Sequence record: NC_009760.1
DNA: 64,000 nucleotides
Reading direction: 5' to 3' (one strand)
Shown: in pieces, positions 1 to 8,055 of the stretch
Position numbering within the stretch: position 1 is the stretch's first letter
Layout of the letters: each line of letters starts with the position of its first letter
The notes under the pieces: model-generated
Database searches by the model: none
What the model was told of the DNA's origin: nothing
The model's input: only the letters and a program-made list of their open reading frames with translations
Made by a program: the position numbers and the translations under genes

Positions 1-353
1 GGAGCAGGGAGAGAAAGGGACGAAAAGAAAACTATTTCGCCCATATACGTTCGTCGATTGCCCGATGATGCGTGCGAACGCAATCATATAAAGCATCAAG
101 CGTGCGAATGCGTTTCGAATGAAAGCAATGCGACGCAAAATGAAGATGCCATATATACAGGGACGACGAACCATAACTGGTAGAGCGTACCAGTTGTACA
201 AGAACGACGCTGGGTGGTGAACGGCTCGCTCTGCTCGCCGTCGTAGGTCACTGCGTTTCCCCACAACACCCTTCCTGCGAATACGCCGGAGGCGGGGTAT
301 CACACAAGCAGAACCTCTATTGACTGCGAACACGGTCTGAATGTACGACCGTA

Positions 354-1100
354 CTACGCTCCACATCTTAACCATGCATCTCTTATTTCATAACCGGTTG
401 GCTGACGTTCATTGTTGCTAACGAACAACTCACGAAATTCGACCAACCACGATGCATCTACTGTTCCGCTGTATCTTGTCACTAGAGTATTTTCCTTACG
501 CTCCGCAGGACTCACATTCTCCTGCTTCGGTTTATTATGCGTCTGTACTCGCTTACGCTCCTCTTGTTTTACTCGTACGGATGCTGGCATCTTACGTACT
601 CGGACTAACGCTTTTACTATGCGTGCAATGTCACCATGCACTCCATTACTGAATGGCTTAAATGAATCAATCGCTGACTGTATCATCATTGGTTTCATAG
701 GTTTCCCATCCACCTTTATATATGGTCGTGCATCAGATGGATTCCATCCAATCTTAACTGTTACTCCCTTTTGTTTGAAGACAACGCCCAGCTCGTTGCT
801 ACGCACATACTCAAATACTTTCGTGTACGCTGGTGCTGTCTTTTCTTCCGGCTCGCTGTCGCTCGCCGAATCATATCCTAGTTCCTCTGCTACATAGAAG
901 TCATTCAGACACTCTATGCAAATGTGTCCATCATCCTCTGTGTAACATAGGTGACGAGACTCCTCATTGCAGAGTTCACATTGCTCGCTGACGCTCGCAA
1001 GTTTTACAGTCATCACTTTATAACTACGACCAAGTTTCTTTGTTTTCCAATCCATCCATAATACATATCTCTCTTCATTCACTACTGTTAAATTCATCAT
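354..1100 (-). CDS. Hypothetical early protein (248 aa) with Cys/His cluster, possible Zn finger
   Basis: GGAGG RBS 8 nt before ATG at 1100 (the track start at 1115 overlaps the RBS). Motif CELC-x6-LC-x6-HICIEC. Confidence 0.8.
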   Translation of the reverse strand: MMNLTVVNEERYVLWMDWKTKKLGRSYKVMTVKLASVSEQCELCNEESRHLCYTEDDGHICIECLNDFYVAEELGYDSASDSEPEEKTAPAYTKVFEYVRSNELGVVFKQKGVTVKIGWNPSDARPYIKVDGKPMKPMMIQSAIDSFKPFSNGVHGDIARIVKALVRVRKMPASVRVKQEERKRVQTHNKPKQENVSPAERKENTLVTRYSGTVDASWLVEFRELFVSNNERQPTGYEIRDAWLRCGA

Positions 1101-1139
1101 TTTAAATTCCTCCAATTTATATGTTTTTTGTTTAAAGCC

Positions 1140-1830
1140 GGGGACTCATTAGTGGTAGCCTGTTCAGGGCATCTCAGACTTCACCAATCGTGTCCATGAA
1201 GTTGCTAGGTCAACTGACACTGACTGAACAACTCCGTAGAGATTGTTTTCACATGTGCGTGCGTTATGTCTTCTAGTCATGACGTACTCTCCCTCGACCA
1301 AGAGTTAGAGTCGGCGTCCTAGCTTCTTGCACTTCCCTCGAAAGGGTGGCTATCCACTAGGGGCGTCCTCCATTCTTGTTAGTACGGAGAGCAGCAATGA
1401 CATACATGATGTCACGCAATGAGGACTCGTGTTGTCTTAACCCGAAGCAATCTGTGTCCTCACTGCTTCGGGATGTTAGCTGGTTGCTAAGTTTCCTAGT
1501 ACCATGTTTGTCCGCTACCCTATCGCGCTATCACTGATTACGGAGTGACCATCCGGGATACTGAATAAATGCTACATATATCTCACGACATACTGCATTG
1601 CCTGATTCCTCAACAGATCTCTTGTTTATACCGACGTTGATTCAGACGTCGAGGCATACTTGTGAAACGGTGGATGCTTACCGTGCCTGATAGGTCGCTA
1701 CTCGTCTACTGTTATGAGTAACAACGATGTTAGGTCTGATGATTCTACGAGGGCAACCAACCCTCCTCTCTGGTGTAGTTATAGTTGACACCATAAGAGA
1801 CACGATATGCTCATGTCTCCTAGCTACCAA
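1140..1830 (-). ncRNA. Candidate large structured non-coding RNA or long structured leader (~700 nt)
   Basis: No ORF of 60 aa or more on either strand. About 13 hairpins found by eye. Most extend by G-U pairs on the minus strand, and two carry UNCG loops (cUACGg at 1235-1238, UUCG at 1339-1342). No family assigned. Confidence 0.55.
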
Positions 1831-1835
1831 CTATA

Positions 1836-3488
1836 TTACTGACGACCTAACAACATAGCTTCTAACTGTGTATTTAACGCTTCTTCATCTCCTGTCTCAT
1901 GGAATAGTGCCATCGCATCACACAATGGTGTTGATACTAACTTCTCTGCTGTCATTCTTAATACGCCGTTGTCATCGAAGTCTACATCAGCTACTTGTTC
2001 ATGATTGTTGTACGGCCATAACACTAAGTCTTTTGATACGAAGCCACTGTTCATCATGTTCTCTTTTGTATATACGGTGTATCCTCTCTTACGTAATGTA
2101 TCAGCAACGATTTCCACACTGCCTTTATACTCAACACGACCTGTATATAACTCTTCAATGAATAAGGAATGATCTTCACCAATGCGGATTAAGAATCTAC
2201 CACCCCATCTGTTTTCACCTTCATCGAAATAGCCAACGATTGTCGCACCGGATACATTACCCAACACACCGATGTTGTTGTCATTCACCTTACCTAGTTC
2301 CCACTTCATACATGACGTCCACTCCTTATCTGTTGATACACGTAGTAGATCATCCTTCATACCACTGAACTTCACATGACCTGTCTTCTTCGTATTACGT
2401 GTTTCTACAATGTGTTTTACTTTGCCTAATGGAATACGAATGTCATCACCCAATATTTCCATCACTTGCGGAAACTCTTTTTCAATTCTGTTGATATACT
2501 TCACGACGCTGATCTTTCTGCCATCATCTAGTTGTACCTTGTTCTCCATGAAATCATCCTCATCTAATCGTTGTAATCGTAATAGTCTCATTTGGAATAT
2601 TACTGTGTGTTTGTGTAATGGATTCTCATAATCGACACGCAATGCACTTGATACATCTCGCAATGCTGAATGGAACATCTCATGTGAGTGATTGATTAAC
2701 TCAATGTCGAATGAATCTACAAGCAATGGATGTGCTGCTACTTGTTTGTGATTCGCTATCTTCATCATGTGATTGATTAATACTCTTGGATTGTTATCTA
2801 ATCGTGCTAAGTAATACATATCAACCATCATCACATTACCGATGTCGTACTTACCTGTGAATGTCATCTCTCTATCTACGTATGCATACTTCTTAGTTAC
2901 ATAGTTTTGTAGAACACCTTGTTCATATAGATACTCACAATAGTCTCTGCTTAACTTGTATTCATGTCCGAGTTTGAATCCATACTTCTTCGCACATAAT
3001 GATGCTCTGATATAACCTGTTGGTTCGAACTTGAGTGGACGAATGATACGTTGTTTGAATCCAATCTCTGCTGGTTCTGTGATAACAACCTTGCCGTCGT
3101 AGTAACATGCAGTGATGTTAATGTCGAAGTCCTCTTGTACATACTGACGAATATCATCTGTGTTCACCATCATGATCTCTACACGATACTTACCTATCGT
3201 ACCTTTTAATACTGATACAATTTTACTGATCTCAATGACACGTACTGATTCATCATCATCTTCTACTGTGATACTTGGACGTTCTCTGATTACCTCGCTG
3301 AACATAAAGCCCTTGCTTAATACGTGATATAATACCTCTGACTTACATGCGTCGGATGTAGATACGAACACATCAATGTCATTAGGTTCTTTACCCATCA
3401 ATGCATCTAATACACATCCACCTGCGATAATACCTTTGAAACCTTTTACCACTTTGTATACTTCTTTAATACCTGTACTTGCTGTCAT
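1836..3488 (-). CDS. Nucleotidyltransferase (poly(A) polymerase/CCA-adding class II-like head domain) fused to unknown C-terminal domain, 550 aa
   Basis: IAGGCVLDALMGKEPNDIDV gives GG plus D37-x-D39. QEDFDIN corresponds to RRDFTIN, and EPTGYIRA corresponds to EDPLRILRA. RBS AAAGGAG. Confidence 0.8.
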   Translation of the reverse strand: MTASTGIKEVYKVVKGFKGIIAGGCVLDALMGKEPNDIDVFVSTSDACKSEVLYHVLSKGFMFSEVIRERPSITVEDDDESVRVIEISKIVSVLKGTIGKYRVEIMMVNTDDIRQYVQEDFDINITACYYDGKVVITEPAEIGFKQRIIRPLKFEPTGYIRASLCAKKYGFKLGHEYKLSRDYCEYLYEQGVLQNYVTKKYAYVDREMTFTGKYDIGNVMMVDMYYLARLDNNPRVLINHMMKIANHKQVAAHPLLVDSFDIELINHSHEMFHSALRDVSSALRVDYENPLHKHTVIFQMRLLRLQRLDEDDFMENKVQLDDGRKISVVKYINRIEKEFPQVMEILGDDIRIPLGKVKHIVETRNTKKTGHVKFSGMKDDLLRVSTDKEWTSCMKWELGKVNDNNIGVLGNVSGATIVGYFDEGENRWGGRFLIRIGEDHSLFIEELYTGRVEYKGSVEIVADTLRKRGYTVYTKENMMNSGFVSKDLVLWPYNNHEQVADVDFDDNGVLRMTAEKLVSTPLCDAMALFHETGDEEALNTQLEAMLLGRQ

Positions 3489-3510
3489 GTTTATTCTCTC
3501 CTTTTAATTT

Positions 3511-3539
3511 AAATAAGGAGCCGAGATATACCCGACTCC
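3511..3539 (-). terminator. Intrinsic terminator
   Basis: Minus strand GGAGUCGGG-UAUAU-CUCGGCUCC (9 bp with two G-U pairs) followed by UUAUUU, just after the stop at 3551. Confidence 0.7.
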
Positions 3540-3550
3540 GATGATTGTTA

Positions 3551-4225
3551 TTATTTATTTAATACTTCTGCTACTTTCAGTTTCCATACACCTCTTGTTG
3601 GCTTACCTTGTTTACCTAAGTCTCTCATGTATGCTTGATACCCACTGTTGAACTTACTACCTACCTTCTTGAACTTGTTCGCTGCATATACTTCTGCACC
3701 AATCTCTTTATGTGCTTCGATGATAAGATTAGAGATTCTTTCATCCATTGCTGATTCATATACTTTAACTTCCTTCACTTCCTCTTCTTCTTCCTGTGGA
3801 GTGATAACAGGCTCTTCTTGTTGTGGCACGATACTTACTTGTCCTTGCATCATACCTTCCACGATACCACGCATGATACCTTGTACTGCATCTGCTAATT
3901 CCTCTTGTACAACTTCTCTTACTGTTGCTCTGATCTCCTCTTTAAACACTGGCATTACATCCTCTCTAACTGTTTTGATGATTGTATTCTGTACGTTGTT
4001 TGCCCACATTTGTGTTAGTGTCCCAATACTATCACGAGCGATAACAGCGAATATATCCTCTGTTGATACTGGCTTCTTCTTAATAGTTGATACGATTTCT
4101 TTTGCTACTTCCATTTCAGTTTTCTGTTTTAACTTACCTGCACGAATGATTTCTTCATCACGCTTGTTTGCACCATAACGTTTATTCCATCTGTCTAACC
4201 CTGATTGTGTATTCTTCATAGTCAT
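3551..4225 (-). CDS. Hypothetical protein, 224 aa, helical
   Basis: Long ORF on the coding strand with AGGAGG upstream. Start overlaps the previous stop. Confidence 0.8.
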   Translation of the reverse strand: MTMKNTQSGLDRWNKRYGANKRDEEIIRAGKLKQKTEMEVAKEIVSTIKKKPVSTEDIFAVIARDSIGTLTQMWANNVQNTIIKTVREDVMPVFKEEIRATVREVVQEELADAVQGIMRGIVEGMMQGQVSIVPQQEEPVITPQEEEEEVKEVKVYESAMDERISNLIIEAHKEIGAEVYAANKFKKVGSKFNSGYQAYMRDLGKQGKPTRGVWKLKVAEVLNK

Positions 4226-4569
4226 TAGATTGTATCCTCCTGTGTAGATGCTGTTTCAGCCATCATCATTATTTGTTCAAACATAATCTCGAATCTTACT
4301 TCACTTCCTCCATTACCTTGTGCATTCAGTCGAATACCATGATGTGCATACATTTGTTTAATAATCTTTGCTTCATTTGTGCTTTTTAATCTTACGTTTG
4401 TTTTGATTCTTGTTACAGTCAATCTGTCGATACCAAGAGATAACATGTACGATACGCAATCTTTTAAATAAGCCTTAGCTTCTTGTTGTTGGTCTAGGAT
4501 TAGCTTTTGTGCTACGTTGTGTGATAATACCCCTTCAATCATTGAGATTGTTTCATTTGACAACTTCAT
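4225..4569 (-). CDS. Hypothetical protein, 114 aa
   Basis: TAATG stop/start coupling at both ends. AAGGA upstream. Confidence 0.8.
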   Translation of the reverse strand: MKLSNETISMIEGVLSHNVAQKLILDQQQEAKAYLKDCVSYMLSLGIDRLTVTRIKTNVRLKSTNEAKIIKQMYAHHGIRLNAQGNGGSEVRFEIMFEQIMMMAETASTQEDTI

Positions 4570-5594
4570 TATTCCTTATCCCCTTTACTAATTAGTTCAC
4601 TTGTTGCACGTAATGTTCCTGATGCTAAATCCACTCCTGCATGACCTACTTCTCCGCCTAGCTTGATAACTGTTCTACCGGCACGTTCTGTTACATTCAA
4701 TACTTCTCTTGTTAAGCCGAGTGCAGATTCTAATACACTGTTTAATAATTGTGTTCCTCTGTCTACACCTGCATGACCGTACTTATCTACTACAGCAGCT
4801 CCTTTCAATAGCCCTTGTGCGGCACTTAATGTTAAACCTTTGTACTTCGTTCTGATTAATTCCTGTACATCACCTCCCTTCAATGCATGTAATTTCTCTT
4901 CCACTGAACGGTACTCTAATACTAGTTCGTTGTACTTTTGAGGCTTAGTGATATTCTTGTTCATCTCTTGTTGAATATGACCTAGTTGTTTATCTAGCCC
5001 ATCAATGACCTTTTGCTTATCCCCTTCTGTTAATACCAATTCCTGTACTGCTTCTTCTACTACCTGTATGCTATCCTCTGCTACTGCCTGTGCTGTTGCA
5101 TCTGTTACTTGTTGCATCTTCTCTGCTGCCATAGCCAATACTTCTTGTTCTTTCTTAGCTAGTGCTTGTTTCGTTAACTCTCTATGCTGTGCTGTTAGTT
5201 CTTCCTGCATTGCTTTAACCTCTTCCTCTGTGTATACCTTACCTTCTGTTGTTGCTGCTACTTGTTCTTTAGCCATGTTCATTACCTCCATTTGTTGTTG
5301 TATTGCAGTGAATTGATTGATGATCTCTTTCAGTATCTCTGTACGCATACCCATGTTGACGTTAGCACCTAAGTTGTTAGCCTGTTGTACTAGTGATAAT
5401 CGTTGACTATGCATTACTGTTACTCGTTGATATAGCTTGATGATGTTCTCTTTCTTTGTTCTATCACCTTGATACTCTACTAATTGTTTTTCTGCTACTA
5501 CCTTGATGTTTAAGCCCATATCCTTACATAGCGCCCCTGTAATACGGTTAATATCCTTTACTGTCATACCTTCGATTGTTTTTAAGTCTGTCAT
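4569..5594 (-). CDS. Hypothetical coiled-coil protein, 341 aa
   Basis: AAAGGAG RBS. Long Q/E/A/K-rich heptad-like central region. Confidence 0.8.
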   Translation of the reverse strand: MTDLKTIEGMTVKDINRITGALCKDMGLNIKVVAEKQLVEYQGDRTKKENIIKLYQRVTVMHSQRLSLVQQANNLGANVNMGMRTEILKEIINQFTAIQQQMEVMNMAKEQVAATTEGKVYTEEEVKAMQEELTAQHRELTKQALAKKEQEVLAMAAEKMQQVTDATAQAVAEDSIQVVEEAVQELVLTEGDKQKVIDGLDKQLGHIQQEMNKNITKPQKYNELVLEYRSVEEKLHALKGGDVQELIRTKYKGLTLSAAQGLLKGAAVVDKYGHAGVDRGTQLLNSVLESALGLTREVLNVTERAGRTVIKLGGEVGHAGVDLASGTLRATSELISKGDKE

Positions 5595-5615
5595 AATAAT
5601 TAGCTCCTTTTATAA

Positions 5616-5762
5616 TTAGTTGTTTTTGTTTTTATTGATTAACTCACCTAGTGTTGGTGCTAGTTTAATACCTTGTTTCTTTTTGACTATGCTAGTTGAT
5701 ACCTTACCGATACCTGCTTTCTCCACTGTGTTAATGAATGTAACTACTGCTCTCTTCTTCAT
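5616..5762 (-). CDS. Small basic protein, 48 aa (not in ORF track)
   Basis: GGAGGAG RBS 6 nt before ATG. Translation MKKRAVVTFINTVEKAGIGKVSTSIVKKKQGIKLAPTLGELINKNKNN. Fills the gap between two genes. Confidence 0.7.
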   Translation of the reverse strand: MKKRAVVTFINTVEKAGIGKVSTSIVKKKQGIKLAPTLGELINKNKNN

Positions 5763-5774
5763 ACCTAACTCCTC

Positions 5775-6395
5775 CTATGCAAATAAGTTTTTAATCTTAC
5801 CTAATAGACTACTGAATACACCCTGCTTACCTTCTCCTGGTGGTAATTCATTGTTGTCCTTTAGTCTCTTGATGTAGATGATACGTTTCTCTAACTCAGG
5901 TACTAGATGATGGATACCTAGTCTGATACCCTCTGCTCTCATGATGTTAAGCATTAGTAATACACTCTCCTTTCCACACTGTTGTACTGCATACTCATCA
6001 CACTTAAACTCTTGCTCTGTCACCTCGTGCTGTTCTGTTAGATGTCCAGTAGGATACATGATATGACCTAGTTCATGAGATACTAGTGCTTGTCTTACAT
6101 ACTGGTTACTGTTGAATGATTTATAGTCATATACAATAATCATGTAATCTAAGTAGTATCCTGTTAGTTCAGCGATTTGTTCATTGTCATACACTGTCAT
6201 CATTACAGTTAAGATACGAGTGTCGATGTGGTGCTTCTCGATGTCCTCAATGGATAGTTGATGATGACTTGCTAAGTCTTGTGGTTGTTCGATGATAGCA
6301 ACATGTTCTGTCTTGCCGTTGATGTTTACAGTGAATACTTCTTTCACCGATTGTCTTACTTCCATTACTTCTGCTTGCGTTAGTTTGTCTGTCAT
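5775..6395 (-). CDS. Zinc metallopeptidase-like protein (HExxH; M48 or ImmA/IrrE-like), 206 aa
   Basis: ALVSHELGH followed by EFKCDEYA (E-x-x-x-D third-ligand motif). GGAGG RBS. Confidence 0.7.
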   Translation of the reverse strand: MTDKLTQAEVMEVRQSVKEVFTVNINGKTEHVAIIEQPQDLASHHQLSIEDIEKHHIDTRILTVMMTVYDNEQIAELTGYYLDYMIIVYDYKSFNSNQYVRQALVSHELGHIMYPTGHLTEQHEVTEQEFKCDEYAVQQCGKESVLLMLNIMRAEGIRLGIHHLVPELEKRIIYIKRLKDNNELPPGEGKQGVFSSLLGKIKNLFA

Positions 6396-6554
6396 TTGTC
6401 ATTCCTCCATTAGTTTAGGTGTAGTCAAAAGGGGTGGGGCATGAAACAACCCTATACCCCCATTGCTATATATAAGACGTGGTACTCCCCAAAAATATCT
6501 GTAATTTTTTCGCCTATAGGGAATTTCCATATCGTACCAGCCGACTCCTCTTCT

Positions 6555-6636
6555 TTAGCATGTTGTCGTCGTCGGCTGTAGAATGTTACAAATATGTGCC
6601 GAACTGTTGTCAGAAGACTGTATCCTGTGCTACGCT
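6555..6636 (+). promoter_or_regulatory. Two tandem sigmaA-like promoters
   Basis: TTAGCA-N18-TAGAAT (6555-6584) and TTGTCA-N18-TACGCT with extended TG (6607-6636), upstream of the first rightward gene. Confidence 0.45.
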
Positions 6637-6670
6637 AGGTGCAGGGAGATAATCGAGGAGGACTGTAACA

Positions 6671-7285
6671 ATGGATGGAGATACTATCGGTGGAGAAGAA
6701 TCGTTTGTAGAGGTTAAGGTAGCGATGGATCACGAAGAGAAGAAGTCGTTCATGTCTCGTCCGGGACTGGATGCGAATGGAGTAAGTAGGTTTGTATTAC
6801 CAAACGGTGGAGATATGAATGTCATCGTCCACGGCAGGGTCGCACACGAGGTAGACGAGATTCTATTCGAAGAGAAATTACCTAGTATGATGAAGACGTC
6901 GAATGAAGACGGTACATTAGAAGCGCCGATAAAAGGTTGTATGACTACAATCTTAGATGGCTCTCACGATCAGATACGTGATGATATTCGTCAAGGCATT
7001 ATGCGTACCGAAGAAACGATTCTCGGTAAACCGGACTCTATACTTGTCGCTGACTTTTGGGTAGAAGAAACTCAAAGAGGTTATCGTGCATCATTCCGTG
7101 ATGTGAAGTTTACGAAAGTAAAGAATGATTTCAATCGTATGGATATCGTATTGACGAATCGTTTCTTCTTTGAAGCGCAGGACGTTGTGTTTACGCCGTA
7201 CAAACGTGATGAAACTGGATGTGTCTCCGTAGCGTTAAGCAAGGAGACAGAAGAAAGATTAAAGAGGATGGTGCTAAATGGCTAA
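6671..7285 (+). CDS. Hypothetical protein, 204 aa
   Basis: GAGGAGG RBS. First rightward ORF, overlapping the next start. Confidence 0.8.
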   Translation: MDGDTIGGEESFVEVKVAMDHEEKKSFMSRPGLDANGVSRFVLPNGGDMNVIVHGRVAHEVDEILFEEKLPSMMKTSNEDGTLEAPIKGCMTTILDGSHDQIRDDIRQGIMRTEETILGKPDSILVADFWVEETQRGYRASFRDVKFTKVKNDFNRMDIVLTNRFFFEAQDVVFTPYKRDETGCVSVALSKETEERLKRMVLNG

Positions 7286-7547
7286 CATTCAATTCTTTCG
7301 TAAGATGTTAGATGAAGACTTAGGTCATCCTGAGAAGATCATCTTGCCTGATGGCAAAGAGGTTTTATGGAACGAGGAGAGTCAGACGATAGACTTAGAC
7401 TCATTACAGCCGTACATCGGAGAGCAATTGGATTACTACGAAGATGGCGTGTATAAATGGTCTGCGAAGATCGAAGTGATTAAGCCGACTAAAGATGGCG
7501 TGAACGCAGTTCACGTTGATATTAATAGTATTAAAAAGAACGATTAA
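7278..7547 (+). CDS. Hypothetical protein, 89 aa
   Basis: GAGG upstream. Overlaps the previous stop. Confidence 0.75.
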   Translation: MANIQFFRKMLDEDLGHPEKIILPDGKEVLWNEESQTIDLDSLQPYIGEQLDYYEDGVYKWSAKIEVIKPTKDGVNAVHVDINSIKKND

Positions 7548-7567
7548 GTATATATGGGGTGATGACG

Positions 7568-7912
7568 ATGACTGAGCAAGACATCAATCGCATCCGTTAT
7601 CTCTCGCAGGAACTCGGATTATTTGACGATGAAATTGCAGAGCAGATGGATGTTCACCGAGTTACGGTGAATCGTGTACGTATCAAACACAATATACCCC
7701 GCCCAAATTTAAGTAATAGAGTAGATAAAAAACAAGTTTGTAAACGTTGCGGTCACGTTGATCTGATACCACGACATAGACGTAGAAGGAACTTATGTGT
7801 ACTATGTAAATCGGATTCGTTACAGGAGTTGCAACAGAAGAAAAGGGACTATATGAGAGACTACAATAAAATTAAAAAACATTCCGCAGGAATGTTGCAA
7901 AATGGTAGTTAA
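7568..7912 (+). CDS. HTH plus Zn-ribbon protein, putative transcription regulator, 114 aa
   Basis: LFDDEIAEQMDVHRVTVNRVR (HTH pattern), then CKRC...CVLC. GGGGTGA RBS fits ATG 7568. Confidence 0.65.
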   Translation: MTEQDINRIRYLSQELGLFDDEIAEQMDVHRVTVNRVRIKHNIPRPNLSNRVDKKQVCKRCGHVDLIPRHRRRRNLCVLCKSDSLQELQQKKRDYMRDYNKIKKHSAGMLQNGS

Positions 7913-7924
7913 ACTAGGTATAGT
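7895..7924 (+). promoter_or_regulatory. sigmaA-like promoter for the packaging cluster
   Basis: TTGCAA-N18-TATAGT. Confidence 0.55.
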
Positions 7925-7930
7925 AGAAGA

Positions 7931-8040
7931 TGAGGAGCGGTCTATCCTCATTACATAATGAGAGAAGAATAAAGGGCGACTCTAGTCTCGAACAAACCAT
8001 TGTGGAAGTGTCGAAGGAACTAGTAGTCGTCTTTTATGTT
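7931..8040 (+). promoter_or_regulatory. Structured 5' leader or attenuator-like element
   Basis: Hairpin TGAGGA/TCCTCA (7931-7950), then a long imperfect stem at 7972-8034 with G-U pairs on plus, followed by a T-rich run just before the RBS. Confidence 0.45.
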
Positions 8041-8055
8041 ATGGAGGGATAAGTT

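Larger units (their letters stand above)
1..6479. repeat. Probable long direct terminal repeat (left copy)
   Basis: The second copy is not in the window. Support is indirect: the coding strand switches between 6395 and 6671, and I recall a 6,479-bp terminal repeat for phage 0305phi8-36, whose gene order this window matches. Confidence 0.45.

Noticed and set aside
412-897. Opposite-strand ORFs in the track (412-897, 3648-4178, 8034-8471 and many 60-130 aa ORFs antisense to structural genes)
   Set aside because: They are shadows of longer genes, lack SD sequences, and give Ser/Ile/Cys-rich translations typical of antisense frames.
1659-1751. Type II hammerhead-like arrangement on the plus strand (GAAAC-stem-GT, stem, CTGATGA)
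   Set aside because: The cleavage triplet would be GUG, there is an extra T before CTGATGA, and stem II does not form next to the core. The wider region folds better on the minus strand.
1785-1815. Perfect TTGACA on the plus strand
   Set aside because: No -10 box at 16-18 nt, and it lies inside a hairpin arm.
1140-1830. Group I or II intron, tRNA, tmRNA or RNase P as the identity of the non-coding region
   Set aside because: I found no group II domain V, group I R/S elements, T-loop/CCA acceptor stem or RNase P GAGGAAAGUCC core by eye, and the flanking ORFs each have their own RBS and stop. A covariance search is still needed.
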